Position numbers and translations under genes: made by a program
In this document: piece after piece, positions 37,374 to 47,032 of the stretch
Numbering within the stretch: the stretch's first letter is position 1
Layout of the letters: each line of letters begins with the position of its first letter
The notes under the pieces: generated by a model
Databases searched by the model: none
Told to the model about the DNA's origin: nothing
The model's input: only the letters and a program-made list of their open reading frames with translations
Source of the DNA: Oligoflexales bacterium
GTDB taxonomy: Bacteria; Bdellovibrionota_B; Oligoflexia; Oligoflexales; RGVZ01
Length of the DNA stretch: 64,000 nucleotides
Assembly: GCA_947494335.1 (NCBI GenBank)
Contig: CANLUT010000003.1
Span: 22,682 to 86,681 of the forward strand
Direction: 5' to 3'

Positions 37374-37799
37374 TTAGAGCTCTCCAGTTGTTGATATAAG
37401 TCTGTATCCATAGTCTGATTCGCCAACTCTACTTTTGAAGCGGTCGTAACGGTAAAGACTGGCCACTGGCAAATCAGATTTGGCCCGTCGACAGGCTTGA
37501 GCTCTGATTGTGGTGCTGGGATGTAGAGATAGTTCAATGCGGTGTGTAAGAATTTTGACTGCATTTTCGATACGGAGAGACTCTTTGGGATCCAAGCGTT
37601 TTAGAATCATGCTGACTGATCGGATATTCTCGAGGGCAGCAAGGGCTCGGCCACATCGATGGGCTTCAAACTCCTCACGGTATTTATGGGTCTGGAGACG
37701 ACGGGTTTCGTCTGCAATAGATGCAGTCCAAGAGGTTGCAGCGAACGCAAATGAAATGGAGAGTATGAGGGTTAAGCCGGATGGTAATGTGGTGGCCAT
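37374..37799 (-). CDS. small N-terminally anchored protein, first gene of the secretin operon
   Basis: ATG 37799 lies 6 nt after AAGGAG (the ORF-track ATG at 37817 lies upstream of this SD). MATTLPSGLTLILSISFAFAATSW hydrophobic N-terminus. Confidence 0.5.
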   Translation of the reverse strand: MATTLPSGLTLILSISFAFAATSWTASIADETRRLQTHKYREEFEAHRCGRALAALENIRSVSMILKRLDPKESLRIENAVKILTHRIELSLHPSTTIRAQACRRAKSDLPVASLYRYDRFKSRVGESDYGYRLISTTGEL

Positions 37800-38041
37800 G
37801 ATGCTCCTTTCTTTCATGGTGGCTCACAATGTGGACGCATCAGAGCATGGAAGATGATGATTAGTCCAAAGACATTTGCAGGACGGTTCTGGTGTTGATT
37901 TATTGCCAAACCTAGGCAATGAGGCCTAAAGTTTGACTTTCATAGCTTTCTCTTTCTCGTGCGGTGATGGCTAATTTGCGTGGACAATAAATGCTCCCGG
38001 ACATAGCTTCATAGAGCCATTTTTGGAGGGTATTTTTTTTG

Positions 38042-39073
38042 ATGGAAATGATTCGACTGACTGAGACGGTGAAAAAAGGTGGCTGCGCGGCAAAACTTCC
38101 AGCGGACGAGCTACGCGCCGTCCTGGATGGACTGAGGCTTAACACAACTCCAGAGCTGATGGTTGGTACCTCAACAATGGATGACGCATGTGTATGGGAT
38201 CTTGGTGATGGCCGATGCATGGTTCAAACGTTGGATTTTTTTACGCCCATTGTCGACGATCCTTATGACTTTGGTGCGATTGCTGCTGCTAACTCTATTT
38301 CCGACGTTTATGCAATGGGCGGGACGCCAAAGACAGCTATGACGATTCTGGCGTTTCCTGCATCGACGCTTCCGCTTGATCTGCTGAGACCTCTCATGCA
38401 GGGTGCAATCGACAAAATTCACGAGTCAGGATCAGCTCTGGTGGGCGGGCATAGTATCGATGATGAGACATTAAAGCTTGGATTTTCAGTCACAGGGTTT
38501 GTCCCTAAACAAGACGTCTGGACGAACGCGGCATTAAAGCCTGGGGATGTTTTGATTTTGACAAAGCCACTCGGTACGGGGACGATCACGTCCGCCTTGA
38601 AATCAAAAAAAGCCTCTACGGCCTCCATGGATGACGCCATATCAAGTATGAAGACCTTGAATCAAGTACCCGACTTGCTCAAGGGTATGGGTGTTCGTGC
38701 TGGTACTGACATCACGGGGTTTGGTTTGGCGGGTCATGTAGTTCAGATGGCGCGCGCCAGTGACGTCTCTGTTGAAATTGATGTACGAACGCTTCCAACC
38801 TTAGAAGGGGCTATTGATTTGTTGAAAGCAGAGGTGCTGAATCGGGCTCATCGTACAAACTTGCGCTACGTGGAAAATGAAGTGGATTTTGCTGGAACTC
38901 CTCAAGAGTATCGCTGGCTAACTCTCGATCCACAGACTTCTGGGGGAATTTTATTCTCTGTTTCAGAAGGACAGGCTAACGAGGCATTGGCTGCCGTGCG
39001 GCGGAAATTTCCGCGTAGCTCTATTGTCGGGAGGGTTATGAAATCAGCCGATTCCAGGGTGCGATTTACTTGA
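38042..39073 (+). CDS. selD: selenide, water dikinase (Cys-type)
   Basis: IRLTETVKKGGCAAKL (the active-site residue is a TGC Cys codon at 38084-38086, not TGA), DDACVW, TLDFFTPIVDDPYDFGAIAAANSISDVYAMGG. GGAGG SD. Confidence 0.9.
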   Translation: MEMIRLTETVKKGGCAAKLPADELRAVLDGLRLNTTPELMVGTSTMDDACVWDLGDGRCMVQTLDFFTPIVDDPYDFGAIAAANSISDVYAMGGTPKTAMTILAFPASTLPLDLLRPLMQGAIDKIHESGSALVGGHSIDDETLKLGFSVTGFVPKQDVWTNAALKPGDVLILTKPLGTGTITSALKSKKASTASMDDAISSMKTLNQVPDLLKGMGVRAGTDITGFGLAGHVVQMARASDVSVEIDVRTLPTLEGAIDLLKAEVLNRAHRTNLRYVENEVDFAGTPQEYRWLTLDPQTSGGILFSVSEGQANEALAAVRRKFPRSSIVGRVMKSADSRVRFT

Positions 39074-40105
39074 CGTCAGAGCTAAAAGACGCTCTTGAGC
39101 AAGGCTTCCCTCGGTGGACATGTTGATTGTTGCGATGATGCTCGCAGTTTGGCGTTTAATAGTTTTGTCATAGCATTGATCGTAGCGGTGGATCATCAGC
39201 AATCGAATGGCATCGTGAAACTCACGTTGCTGTACGTGAGTTAATATCTGCTGGTAAATTTCGCCCTTGATGTGTTTCTTCAGTAGCAGCATTCCGGCTT
39301 GAAACTTTGCGTCGTCCATGTCGGACCAGGCGGGTGCATATTCAGCTGCAATATGTCGCACCCGATCCTCAAAGTCGCGTTCGATCAAAACAATGTTAGA
39401 GTCGTAAATGTGTTTGCGCAAATGCTGAGGCATTTGGATTGAGCCAATGTTTTGTTCAATCTCAACGATTATCAATGGATGATGTTTTACTTTGACGTAG
39501 GCATTCGCAAGATCGTTTTCGAATTGTTGCTGTGTTGGCTGATTGCTATTGATACTTAGGTGGCCGAGTGCGCTGCCGCGGTGTCGAGCGAGCCCTTCAA
39601 AGTCTATGACGGGGGCATTCATCGCTGCTAGGCGGTGAACCAATTCGGTTTTCCCAGAGCCTGTTCGACCATTGAGGACGATCAGCTTATGCTGTGATAG
39701 CTCGGCGATGTGTTTGAGCACTTGATTACGGTAGGTTTTATAGCCGCCGCTAATCAGTATGGGAGTAATGCCTACAACTTCAAGCAGTTTGGCGACAGAG
39801 CCACTTCTCATGCCGCCACGCCAGCAATGAAGAGCTATTCGACGCTCAGGTCCAGCTAAGTCTATCAATTGATCCAAAAAGGCAGGAATTTTCTCGGCAA
39901 CTAGTTCAAGGCCTTGCTGAACAGCTTCGAGTTGGCCCACTTGCTTATAGGTGGTTCCTACCTGGGCGCGCTCGTCATTTGTGAATAGGGGTACATTGAT
40001 TGTATGAGGCATCGCCCCAAGAGCAAATTCTCCTGGACTACGCAAATCCACAAGTTTCAGTTGACCGCCAGTGATTGCATCAAAATAATCAAAGTAAGAC
40101 GACAC
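39044..40105 (-). CDS. selU: tRNA 2-selenouridine synthase
   Basis: N-terminal rhodanese domain with CWRGGMRSG plus the P-loop GRTGSGKT. About 350 aa, the YbbB/SelU layout. GTG start. The 3' end overlaps selD by 30 nt. Confidence 0.88.
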   Translation of the reverse strand: MSSYFDYFDAITGGQLKLVDLRSPGEFALGAMPHTINVPLFTNDERAQVGTTYKQVGQLEAVQQGLELVAEKIPAFLDQLIDLAGPERRIALHCWRGGMRSGSVAKLLEVVGITPILISGGYKTYRNQVLKHIAELSQHKLIVLNGRTGSGKTELVHRLAAMNAPVIDFEGLARHRGSALGHLSINSNQPTQQQFENDLANAYVKVKHHPLIIVEIEQNIGSIQMPQHLRKHIYDSNIVLIERDFEDRVRHIAAEYAPAWSDMDDAKFQAGMLLLKKHIKGEIYQQILTHVQQREFHDAIRLLMIHRYDQCYDKTIKRQTASIIATINMSTEGSLAQERLLALTSSKSHPGIG

Positions 40106-40124
40106 CTAGAAATCCTATCGACGC

Positions 40125-40550
40125 TTAGTCTAGTGATGGTACCACGTCCATGATCACATCCTCGCCAAACCTGTTTTGAAGTTGGCTACGAACGCCGTTA
40201 AAAAGTGTGATTTGAGAGGATGGACATCCCTGACAGCCGCCACCTAATCGAATATGCGCAACTCCTGCTTCGTAGGCATCAAGGCGAGCAAATCCGGAGT
40301 GAAACGCAAGCGCCTCAGATACCGGTCCCTCCAAGAAAAGGGCGATAGATTGAGCAACCCCGCTAAAGCGTGAGCTGGTCACTGGTTCCTCAAACTTGCC
40401 CTCGACGTTTAGCCCCAGTGCGTCCCTCATGCCCTCTTGAGCCAACTCCATGGAGTCCGCTTCAATCTTACGGCCCGACGGGACATGATGAGCGAGCCAG
40501 CGCCCTTCCGCTGTTTTGGAGATAACGACGCTTTGCAGATCTATGCTCAT
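40125..40550 (-). CDS. NifU C-terminal (Nfu-type) domain protein with a unique N-terminal extension
   Basis: The C-terminal IRLGGGCQGCPSSQITLFNGVRSQLQ is the Nfu CxxC motif. The N-terminal 65 aa or so are unassigned. Confidence 0.7.
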   Translation of the reverse strand: MSIDLQSVVISKTAEGRWLAHHVPSGRKIEADSMELAQEGMRDALGLNVEGKFEEPVTSSRFSGVAQSIALFLEGPVSEALAFHSGFARLDAYEAGVAHIRLGGGCQGCPSSQITLFNGVRSQLQNRFGEDVIMDVVPSLD

Positions 40551-40710
40551 AATGTATTCCTAGTGAGGGCCTTGCCTAAAATTTAAGTGTTCTTGTGGCA
40601 AGCCATCTATATAACAGTCTGGACGACTGCGACCATTGCAAAATAATGGTAGGAAAAATATACTGTAATCAGGGACTTCGATCAAATTTGACCTTTAAAA
40701 GGGTGATGTT

Positions 40711-41397
40711 ATGCCGCAAAAATCTGCTGGTGAAAGAGAGCTTCAGGCCATAAGCGGCAAATTGGAAGAACTGATGCAGACGGTTCTTCAGCAGTTTGTG
40801 GGCTTAAAGCGGGGCCTAGATGGTGCCGACTTCGTGCTTCTAAAGTCCATTGTTGCCGGTGATGAAAAGGTAGACGCCATTGAGCTTGATTTGGATGATC
40901 TATCGATGCTGTTTGTAGCGAATCGTGCTCCCATGGGTCAGAGTCTAAGATTCATGTTTGGTGCCATTGATGTCGCCGCAGCTCTGGAGCGCATTGGCGA
41001 CTGTATCGAATACGTTGCACGACACGCGATTGACACTAAAGAGCTAAGGACAGAGTGCGCTGACGGATGGCATTTACTTCAGGATATGACCACTAAGGCC
41101 TTTTCAGTTTATGAAAGAGCCATGACGTCAGTCAGTAATCGTGATCCCAAAATTGCCAAAACAGTCCCCGCAATGGATGACCTGGTAGATGCATTACAGG
41201 ACCAGGCCTACAAGCTTGTGATTGACCGTGTACGAAAAGGTCAGCTTGATGTGGAGATGGGAATTCATCTTATTCTGATGGCAAATAAACTTGAGAGTAT
41301 TGCGGACATCGCGTGCCATATTGCGCAAATGGTTGTCTACATCGTGGAAGATGAACGCATCAGGCACCAACACGGCGTCCCAAGTCAAAACTTGTAA
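40711..41397 (+). CDS. phoU: PhoU-family phosphate signalling regulator
   Basis: Two PhoU repeats with ...ALERIGDCIEYVARH... and ...KLESIADIACHIAQ... (E/D-x-x-x-D-like motifs). 228 aa. Confidence 0.75.
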   Translation: MPQKSAGERELQAISGKLEELMQTVLQQFVGLKRGLDGADFVLLKSIVAGDEKVDAIELDLDDLSMLFVANRAPMGQSLRFMFGAIDVAAALERIGDCIEYVARHAIDTKELRTECADGWHLLQDMTTKAFSVYERAMTSVSNRDPKIAKTVPAMDDLVDALQDQAYKLVIDRVRKGQLDVEMGIHLILMANKLESIADIACHIAQMVVYIVEDERIRHQHGVPSQNL

Positions 41398-41441
41398 TTT
41401 ATCACACGCTGAAGGCCTGACGATGTTTTGCTAATTGAAGG

Positions 41442-41978
41442 TTACCCCAGGTGGTCGTTCATTTTGGCAACCGCCTCTTCCATCTCAAGTTTATGCTTTT
41501 CAAGATGATCATTGATTTTTGCAGCTTGAGTCGAGTCACCAATGGATAACATCTGAGCGGCTAGAATTCCCGCATTCCAGCCGTTGCCAATGGCTACTGT
41601 GGCAACTGGCACTCCCTTGGGCATTTGCACGATAGACCATAGCGCGTCTTCACCTTGCATAGCGCCGACCGGACAGGGAACCCCAATGACAGGCAGCGTG
41701 GTGTGGGCAGCCATCATCCCCGGTAAATGAGCTGCACCGCCAGCGCCAGCGATAATGACTTTAAGGCCTCTCGATTTAGCGGATCCGCCGTAGGCCATAA
41801 CCAGGTCTGGAGTTCGGTGAGCTGAAACGATGCGTAGTTCATAAGAGATGTCAAATTTATCTAACGCATCGGCAGCCTGCTCCATCCACATCAAATCACT
41901 GTCACTTCCCATGACAATTCCGACTACGGGTGTGTCTTTGGATTTTGTTTTTTTGGAGAGTTTAGATTTAGTTTTCAT
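41442..41978 (-). CDS. purE: N5-carboxyaminoimidazole ribonucleotide mutase
   Basis: [21 protein letters not shown] and [13 protein letters not shown] are canonical PurE motifs. Lys-rich N-terminal extension. Confidence 0.92.
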   Translation of the reverse strand: MKTKSKLSKKTKSKDTPVVGIVMGSDSDLMWMEQAADALDKFDISYELRIVSAHRTPDLVMAYGGSAKSRGLKVIIAGAGGAAHLPGMMAAHTTLPVIGVPCPVGAMQGEDALWSIVQMPKGVPVATVAIGNGWNAGILAAQMLSIGDSTQAAKINDHLEKHKLEMEEAVAKMNDHLG

Positions 41979-43207
41979 GAAGGACCTTTTTGTGCGTTTT
42001 GAGCATTGAGAAACATTTGACGCTGCTCTTCCTGCCAGCGGCCATAGGCCGACTGAACTGCAGATATCAGGTCCCCGCGGTTATCTACGCTGTGGCTTAC
42101 TGCGTTGAGATGGCCTAATTTTCTGCCAGGCGAAATGCCGCGTTTGCCGTACCAATGTACATGCATGGATTCAGCTCCCCGCGGCGCTTGAGCGCAATCT
42201 TTTGACGTCACCTCTGCGGGTCCCAACAAATTTTGCATCATAAAGAATGGTGCGGTATCAGTTCGCCCAAGACTAAGTCCCAACACAGCACGCCAGTGAT
42301 TTTCAAATTGGGATACACAGCCTGCATTTTGAGAAAAGTGGCCGCTGTTGTGGACTCTCGGTGCGATCTCATTGACGACAAGGTCTCCACTACTTGTCAG
42401 AAAAAACTCGACAGCAAAGACCCCGACGAGTCCCAAGTGAGCACCAATTTTCTCACATGCGATTTGGGCTTCCGTTTCAATCTCTTTTTTAATGCCAAGC
42501 GATACCGCAGGCCCTGTCACCCGCTCGCAGACTCCGGACTTTTGCTCAGTGATCACCAGGGGCCATGTTTTGATGGTGCCGTCACGACCTCTAACGGCAA
42601 TCATCGCCAGTTCTCGATCAAAGCCCACAAAGTCTTCTGCGTAAACATCAATTCGTCTTTTAGTGGCTGTGAGTAGAAAGTCTCCAGCGAGGTCTTGATC
42701 CCGTTGCCCGCTACCGCGCAAAACCAGGACTCCTTTTCCATCGTAACCAAAAGTCGCAAACTTCAGAACAATCGGTTTTGTGAAGTTATGAGTCAGCGAG
42801 GCGACGGCGCCTTCCATGTTTTTTTTATCAAGTGGGTAAAACGAGGATGATTTGACTCCAAGGGACTCGAGAAGCTTTTTTTGTTCGAACTTGTTTTGGA
42901 GAATTCTAATCGCACTGGTTCGTGGGTAAACTTTCTCGGCGAGCCCAGTGGCTTCAAGGGCGTCACAATCAACAAATTCACTTTCGATGATTGCTCCGTC
43001 GACCTGGCTCAGGAGAGCATGAAGATCTTCTCGACTGTCAACATGGCCTCGTACCACGAGGGGAGAAACTTGGCCTGCTGGGCTTGAGGAGTCGCCGGTT
43101 AAAACCACGGGTCTAAGGCCAAGGGCGTATGCATCAAGTGCCAACATGCGTGCAAGCTGCCCATCACCAATGATTCCCCAGCGTTTTTGTCCCGTGATAT
43201 CAAACAT
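41975..43207 (-). CDS. purK: N5-carboxyaminoimidazole ribonucleotide synthase
   Basis: [12 protein letters not shown]-terminus, ATP-grasp core, [15 protein letters not shown] overlap with purE. Confidence 0.9.
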   Translation of the reverse strand: MFDITGQKRWGIIGDGQLARMLALDAYALGLRPVVLTGDSSSPAGQVSPLVVRGHVDSREDLHALLSQVDGAIIESEFVDCDALEATGLAEKVYPRTSAIRILQNKFEQKKLLESLGVKSSSFYPLDKKNMEGAVASLTHNFTKPIVLKFATFGYDGKGVLVLRGSGQRDQDLAGDFLLTATKRRIDVYAEDFVGFDRELAMIAVRGRDGTIKTWPLVITEQKSGVCERVTGPAVSLGIKKEIETEAQIACEKIGAHLGLVGVFAVEFFLTSSGDLVVNEIAPRVHNSGHFSQNAGCVSQFENHWRAVLGLSLGRTDTAPFFMMQNLLGPAEVTSKDCAQAPRGAESMHVHWYGKRGISPGRKLGHLNAVSHSVDNRGDLISAVQSAYGRWQEEQRQMFLNAQNAQKGPS

Positions 43208-43365
43208 TCAATAAAAACCCCGTGATGGCTCGGTTGCCGATCGGCCGCTTGTGATGAATTTACGAACAATGTTGGCCTATGGGAGTTTTAGGGAAATCGG
43301 CGATGATTGTCTACCGCTCTTAGTGTAAAATTAACAATAGTTTCCGCCCGCAAAAGGACAACTTC

Positions 43366-43992
43366 ATGACCCTACCAAACTCTGTTGAAGCATTGATTAA
43401 TGAACGCACCGGCAAATACTTCATCGTTATTGATTGGGACGGCGGAGAAGAGGGAAAGGTTAAAGTTATCAATCCAATTGGTGACATATTGGATGTTCCG
43501 ACGGTGATTTTCAAAGCTGACGAACCAAAGTCTGTGGTGCAGTCAGAATTCGCATCAAAATTTTCTCCTGAACAGATCACGCGTCTTGAACGCTGGGAGC
43601 AGGAGCGTTTTGCGATCGATGAAAAAAAGCGTCTTGAACGCGCAGCAAGGACGAGTCAGTCCTCGAGTTCCGGGAAGACCTCAATGCCGCGAGCGCGAGC
43701 AGGTTCCAGTCGCAGAGACGGTATTATCGACAAGTCCACGTCGTCCGCCGGTCGGCGTCCAACCGTCCAATGGAGTTCTGATAAGTTGGTTTTTTACCGA
43801 CATAAGATCGAAGGCCTAAAGCCTAATGATGTGTTTGCGATTGTTGTCGAAGGTCAGGGTACCGTGCAAATGAGTAAGGCGGAATTTCAACGCAAGTTCA
43901 ACAACATCATTATGAGTCCCGAGTATCGTGGCCATGGTATTTATAGCTACGAGACCATGCCCGAGGAAGCACTGCCATTTTTAGTTAAATGA
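43366..43992 (+). CDS. hypothetical protein with a Ser/Arg-rich central linker
   Basis: 208 aa with an AAGGA SD. Two folded-looking ends are joined by ...RTSQSSSSGKTSMPRARAGSSRRDG.... No family recognised. Confidence 0.55.
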   Translation: MTLPNSVEALINERTGKYFIVIDWDGGEEGKVKVINPIGDILDVPTVIFKADEPKSVVQSEFASKFSPEQITRLERWEQERFAIDEKKRLERAARTSQSSSSGKTSMPRARAGSSRRDGIIDKSTSSAGRRPTVQWSSDKLVFYRHKIEGLKPNDVFAIVVEGQGTVQMSKAEFQRKFNNIIMSPEYRGHGIYSYETMPEEALPFLVK

Positions 43993-44009
43993 GACTTTTA
44001 TCTATGAGC

Positions 44010-45242
44010 TTAACCTGAGATGCGATTCGCAGGTTGAGCCAGATTTAAAGACATAAACAACGCAATCATAACCAGTGCACTTGCCGTGAAAAAAGGTAAG
44101 CCGTAGTTGAGTTCAAACAATGCACCCGCTAATGCGGGACCAGCGACGCGACCAAGAGCGCCCATACTTTGATTAAGTCCTAAAACTCCGCCTTGCTGGT
44201 CCGCCGGGGCGGATCTCGAGATTAAGCTGGATTGCGACGGATTAAAGATCCCTGTGCCCGCGGCTAAAATCACAGCTGCAAATAACATGTTTTCGTAAAC
44301 GCCAGTTTTTGCGAGAAATGGAATCATTCCGATGCTAATACATGTGAGCAGAAGCCCCATCTGAAATAATTTACGCTCTCCAAATTTTTTAGTCAGTCGT
44401 CCAATAAGACCGCCTTGGACAATAACAGCCGTTATCCCTACGGCCACCAGAAACCAAGCCGTCAACTTCGCGGCTGCTGCAATGTGCTCAGGGGTATCGC
44501 GTCCTTCGATTGGTAGAAAGGAGCGCTCCATGAGAAGTCCCACGATGACTTCAAACATCGCAAACGCCCCTGTGTTGATGAAGCTGATTTTTAGAATGGT
44601 TCCGACATTTGGAAGTGCCATGGCTGACTGTAAAGTCTTCAACGAAAATGTGCGGCGGTGATGATTGTCACCAGTGGCACCTTCGACCCGAGTTTCCGGG
44701 AGCATGAAGTAAGCCATGACAAAGTTAATTGCAGCCAAACAGCCTGCGGTGATCGCTGGAGCTTGGGGACTAAACTGGCCTGCAAAACCGCCAATGGCGG
44801 GACCCAGTAAAAAACCAAGACCAAATGCTGCGCCGATCAGTCCCATCCCTTTTGCTCGATTCTCAGGAGTCGTCACGTCAGAAATAATCGCTTGAGCGGT
44901 TCCGAGATTAGCGTTGCCAAAGCCGGCCAAAATCCTCGCAGCAAACACAGCAGCAAGTGTGCTTGAGAGTCCGAAGATCATGTGCCCAGCACAGCTCGCA
45001 GCCACGGAAATCAAAATCACTGGGCGACGGCCAATCTTGTCGGAAAGCCGGCCCCAAAAAGGAGCAAAAAGAAACTGCATCAGAGAGTAGGAAGCCGATA
45101 ACCAGGCAATGACAGTAGGGCTTGCACCCAGGCTTTGTACATAAAAGCTATTAACAGGAATTACGATGCCAAACCCAAGGAGGTCCAAGAAGATCGTAAA
45201 GAAGGCTATAACTATCGGACTACGTTGCTTTTTCTGGTTCAT
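44010..45242 (-). CDS. MFS transporter (drug:H+ antiporter/TCR-Tet-like)
   Basis: Start moved to ATG 45242 (MNQKKQRSPIVIAFF...). 12 TM helices. Motif A-like GRLSDKIGRRPV. Confidence 0.8.
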   Translation of the reverse strand: MNQKKQRSPIVIAFFTIFLDLLGFGIVIPVNSFYVQSLGASPTVIAWLSASYSLMQFLFAPFWGRLSDKIGRRPVILISVAASCAGHMIFGLSSTLAAVFAARILAGFGNANLGTAQAIISDVTTPENRAKGMGLIGAAFGLGFLLGPAIGGFAGQFSPQAPAITAGCLAAINFVMAYFMLPETRVEGATGDNHHRRTFSLKTLQSAMALPNVGTILKISFINTGAFAMFEVIVGLLMERSFLPIEGRDTPEHIAAAAKLTAWFLVAVGITAVIVQGGLIGRLTKKFGERKLFQMGLLLTCISIGMIPFLAKTGVYENMLFAAVILAAGTGIFNPSQSSLISRSAPADQQGGVLGLNQSMGALGRVAGPALAGALFELNYGLPFFTASALVMIALFMSLNLAQPANRISG

Positions 45243-45418
45243 CAGCCGGAAATTTCCTGTGGCATTTTTCGCACATTTATGCCAAAACCTACCACCTTCG
45301 GCCAAGGCTGGCAATTTGCGGTCGGCATGTTGCTAAAAAATAATATCTTGAATCACTCCGCAAGGAACGTCTGGTTCGATGCCGGTAAGGCCCCTGATTG
45401 AATTGGTGAGCTAAAATA

Positions 45419-47032
45419 ATGAGCAATGCCCTGATTGATAAAGAAATAACCAAAAGACGTACGTTTGCGATCATCTCCCACCCGGATGCGGGAAAGACGA
45501 CGACCACAGAAAAGCTTCTGCTTTACGGTGGCGCGATCCAGATGGCTGGTACTGTGAAAGCTAAGCGTGGCAAAAAATTTGCTACGTCTGACTGGATGGA
45601 GCTAGAGAAGCAGCGCGGCATCTCGGTGACGAGCTCTGTCATGAACTTTTCCTACGATGGTTGCGAAATCAATCTGATTGACACCCCTGGTCACCAGGAC
45701 TTTTCTGAAGATACTTATAGAACTTTGACCGCAGTTGACTCGGCTGTGATGTTGATTGATGCCGCCAATGGTGTTGAAAGTCAGACGAAAAAACTTTTTG
45801 AAGTTTGTGCCATGCGTAAGACGCCGATCATTGCCTTTATCAACAAAATGGACCGCGAGGGGCGTGAGGCCTTTGATCTCATTGATGAGATCGAGAAGGT
45901 GTTGGGAATTCAGTGTTTTGCAGCCACATGGCCTATCGGCATGGGTGCAAACTTTCGCGGTGTTTATGACCGTTTCAAAAAAACCTTGCTAGTCTTTGAT
46001 AAGGGAGCAGACCGCGCCCGCCCTGTGGCTTTGAAGGGAATGGGAGTTGATGATCCGGAGCTTGAGAAGGAAATCGGCCCTGAAATGGCTGCCCAGCTCC
46101 GCGATGAGATTGAAATGCTGGAAGGTGCTGGAGAAGTTTTTGATCGGGAGAAATACCTGCGCGGCGAGCTTTGTCCTGTCTATTTTGGTTCAGCGATGAA
46201 TAATTTTGGTATTCAAACGCTTCTGGAAGCTCTCATTGAAATTGCTCCGCGGCCAATGCCACGCCCGACAAGGTCCCGTGCGGTTGAGCCAACGGAGTCC
46301 AAGTTTTCAGGATTTATTTTCAAGATCCAGGCCAACATGGATCCAGCACACCGCGACCGCGTTGCCTTTATGAGGATTGTATCAGGTAAGTTTGAGCGCG
46401 GTATGAAGGCGTTTCACGTACGGATGAAGCGTGAATTCCGACTGGCGAGACCGACGCAATTTATGGCGCAAGATAGGTCTCTGGTGGAGGAGGCCTACGC
46501 TGGAGATATTGTCGGTATTCACGACCCTGGAATATTTAAGATCGGAGACACGCTCTCTGAGGGCGAGTCTTTGATCTACACGGGCATTCCTGTTTTCTCG
46601 CCTGAAAACTTCGTGCGTGTGCAGTTAAAAGATCCTCTTAAGAGTAAGCAGCTCAACAAAGCGTTGGATCAACTTTCCGAAGAAGGCGCCGTTCAGGTTT
46701 TGCGCCCTTTAAACTCCAATGACTTATGGCTTGGTGTTGTCGGAATTTTGCAGTTTGACGTGGTGAAGTACCGCGTTGAAAACGAGTACGGGGTCCGCGT
46801 GGACTTTCAAACTCTTCCATACTCGGTCGCCCGATGGGTGCACTGCGACGACGAAAAAATGCTGACCCAGTTTACCCAAGAGCAAAGTCAGTCCCTGTGC
46901 CGCGATCAGCGGGGTGACTTGGTTGTACTCATGGAGCAGATTTGGCGCATGAAAGTATTGAATGAGCGTTACCCAAAAGTGACTTATACGGCCACAAGCG
47001 AAAATCTTAGTGATGCGGAAGTGGCGCACTAA
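45419..47032 (+). CDS. prfC: peptide chain release factor 3
   Basis: RRTFAIISHPDAGKTTTTEKLLLYGGAIQ.AGTVK, DTPGHQDF and NKMD GTPase motifs. 537 aa. Confidence 0.93.
   Translation: MSNALIDKEITKRRTFAIISHPDAGKTTTTEKLLLYGGAIQMAGTVKAKRGKKFATSDWMELEKQRGISVTSSVMNFSYDGCEINLIDTPGHQDFSEDTYRTLTAVDSAVMLIDAANGVESQTKKLFEVCAMRKTPIIAFINKMDREGREAFDLIDEIEKVLGIQCFAATWPIGMGANFRGVYDRFKKTLLVFDKGADRARPVALKGMGVDDPELEKEIGPEMAAQLRDEIEMLEGAGEVFDREKYLRGELCPVYFGSAMNNFGIQTLLEALIEIAPRPMPRPTRSRAVEPTESKFSGFIFKIQANMDPAHRDRVAFMRIVSGKFERGMKAFHVRMKREFRLARPTQFMAQDRSLVEEAYAGDIVGIHDPGIFKIGDTLSEGESLIYTGIPVFSPENFVRVQLKDPLKSKQLNKALDQLSEEGAVQVLRPLNSNDLWLGVVGILQFDVVKYRVENEYGVRVDFQTLPYSVARWVHCDDEKMLTQFTQEQSQSLCRDQRGDLVVLMEQIWRMKVLNERYPKVTYTATSENLSDAEVAH

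Noticed and set aside
37928-37935. An exact sigma-28 -35 box, TAAAGTTT, upstream of selD.
   Set aside because: Twelve nt downstream the sequence is TTTCTCTT, with no CCGATA-like -10, so this is probably a chance match.
38084-38086. Possible selenocysteine (TGA) recoding in selD.
   Set aside because: The codon at the active-site position is TGC (Cys), and there is no in-frame TGA.
37510-38220. ORFs 37510-37857 (+) and 37912-38220 (-) around the secretin-operon and selD starts.
   Set aside because: The first is antisense to the SD-supported 37374-37799 gene. The second is antisense to the selD 5' end and its SD. Neither has translation signals.
42233-42676. A 147-aa plus-strand ORF within purK.
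   Set aside because: purK motifs occupy the opposite strand, so this is a shadow ORF.
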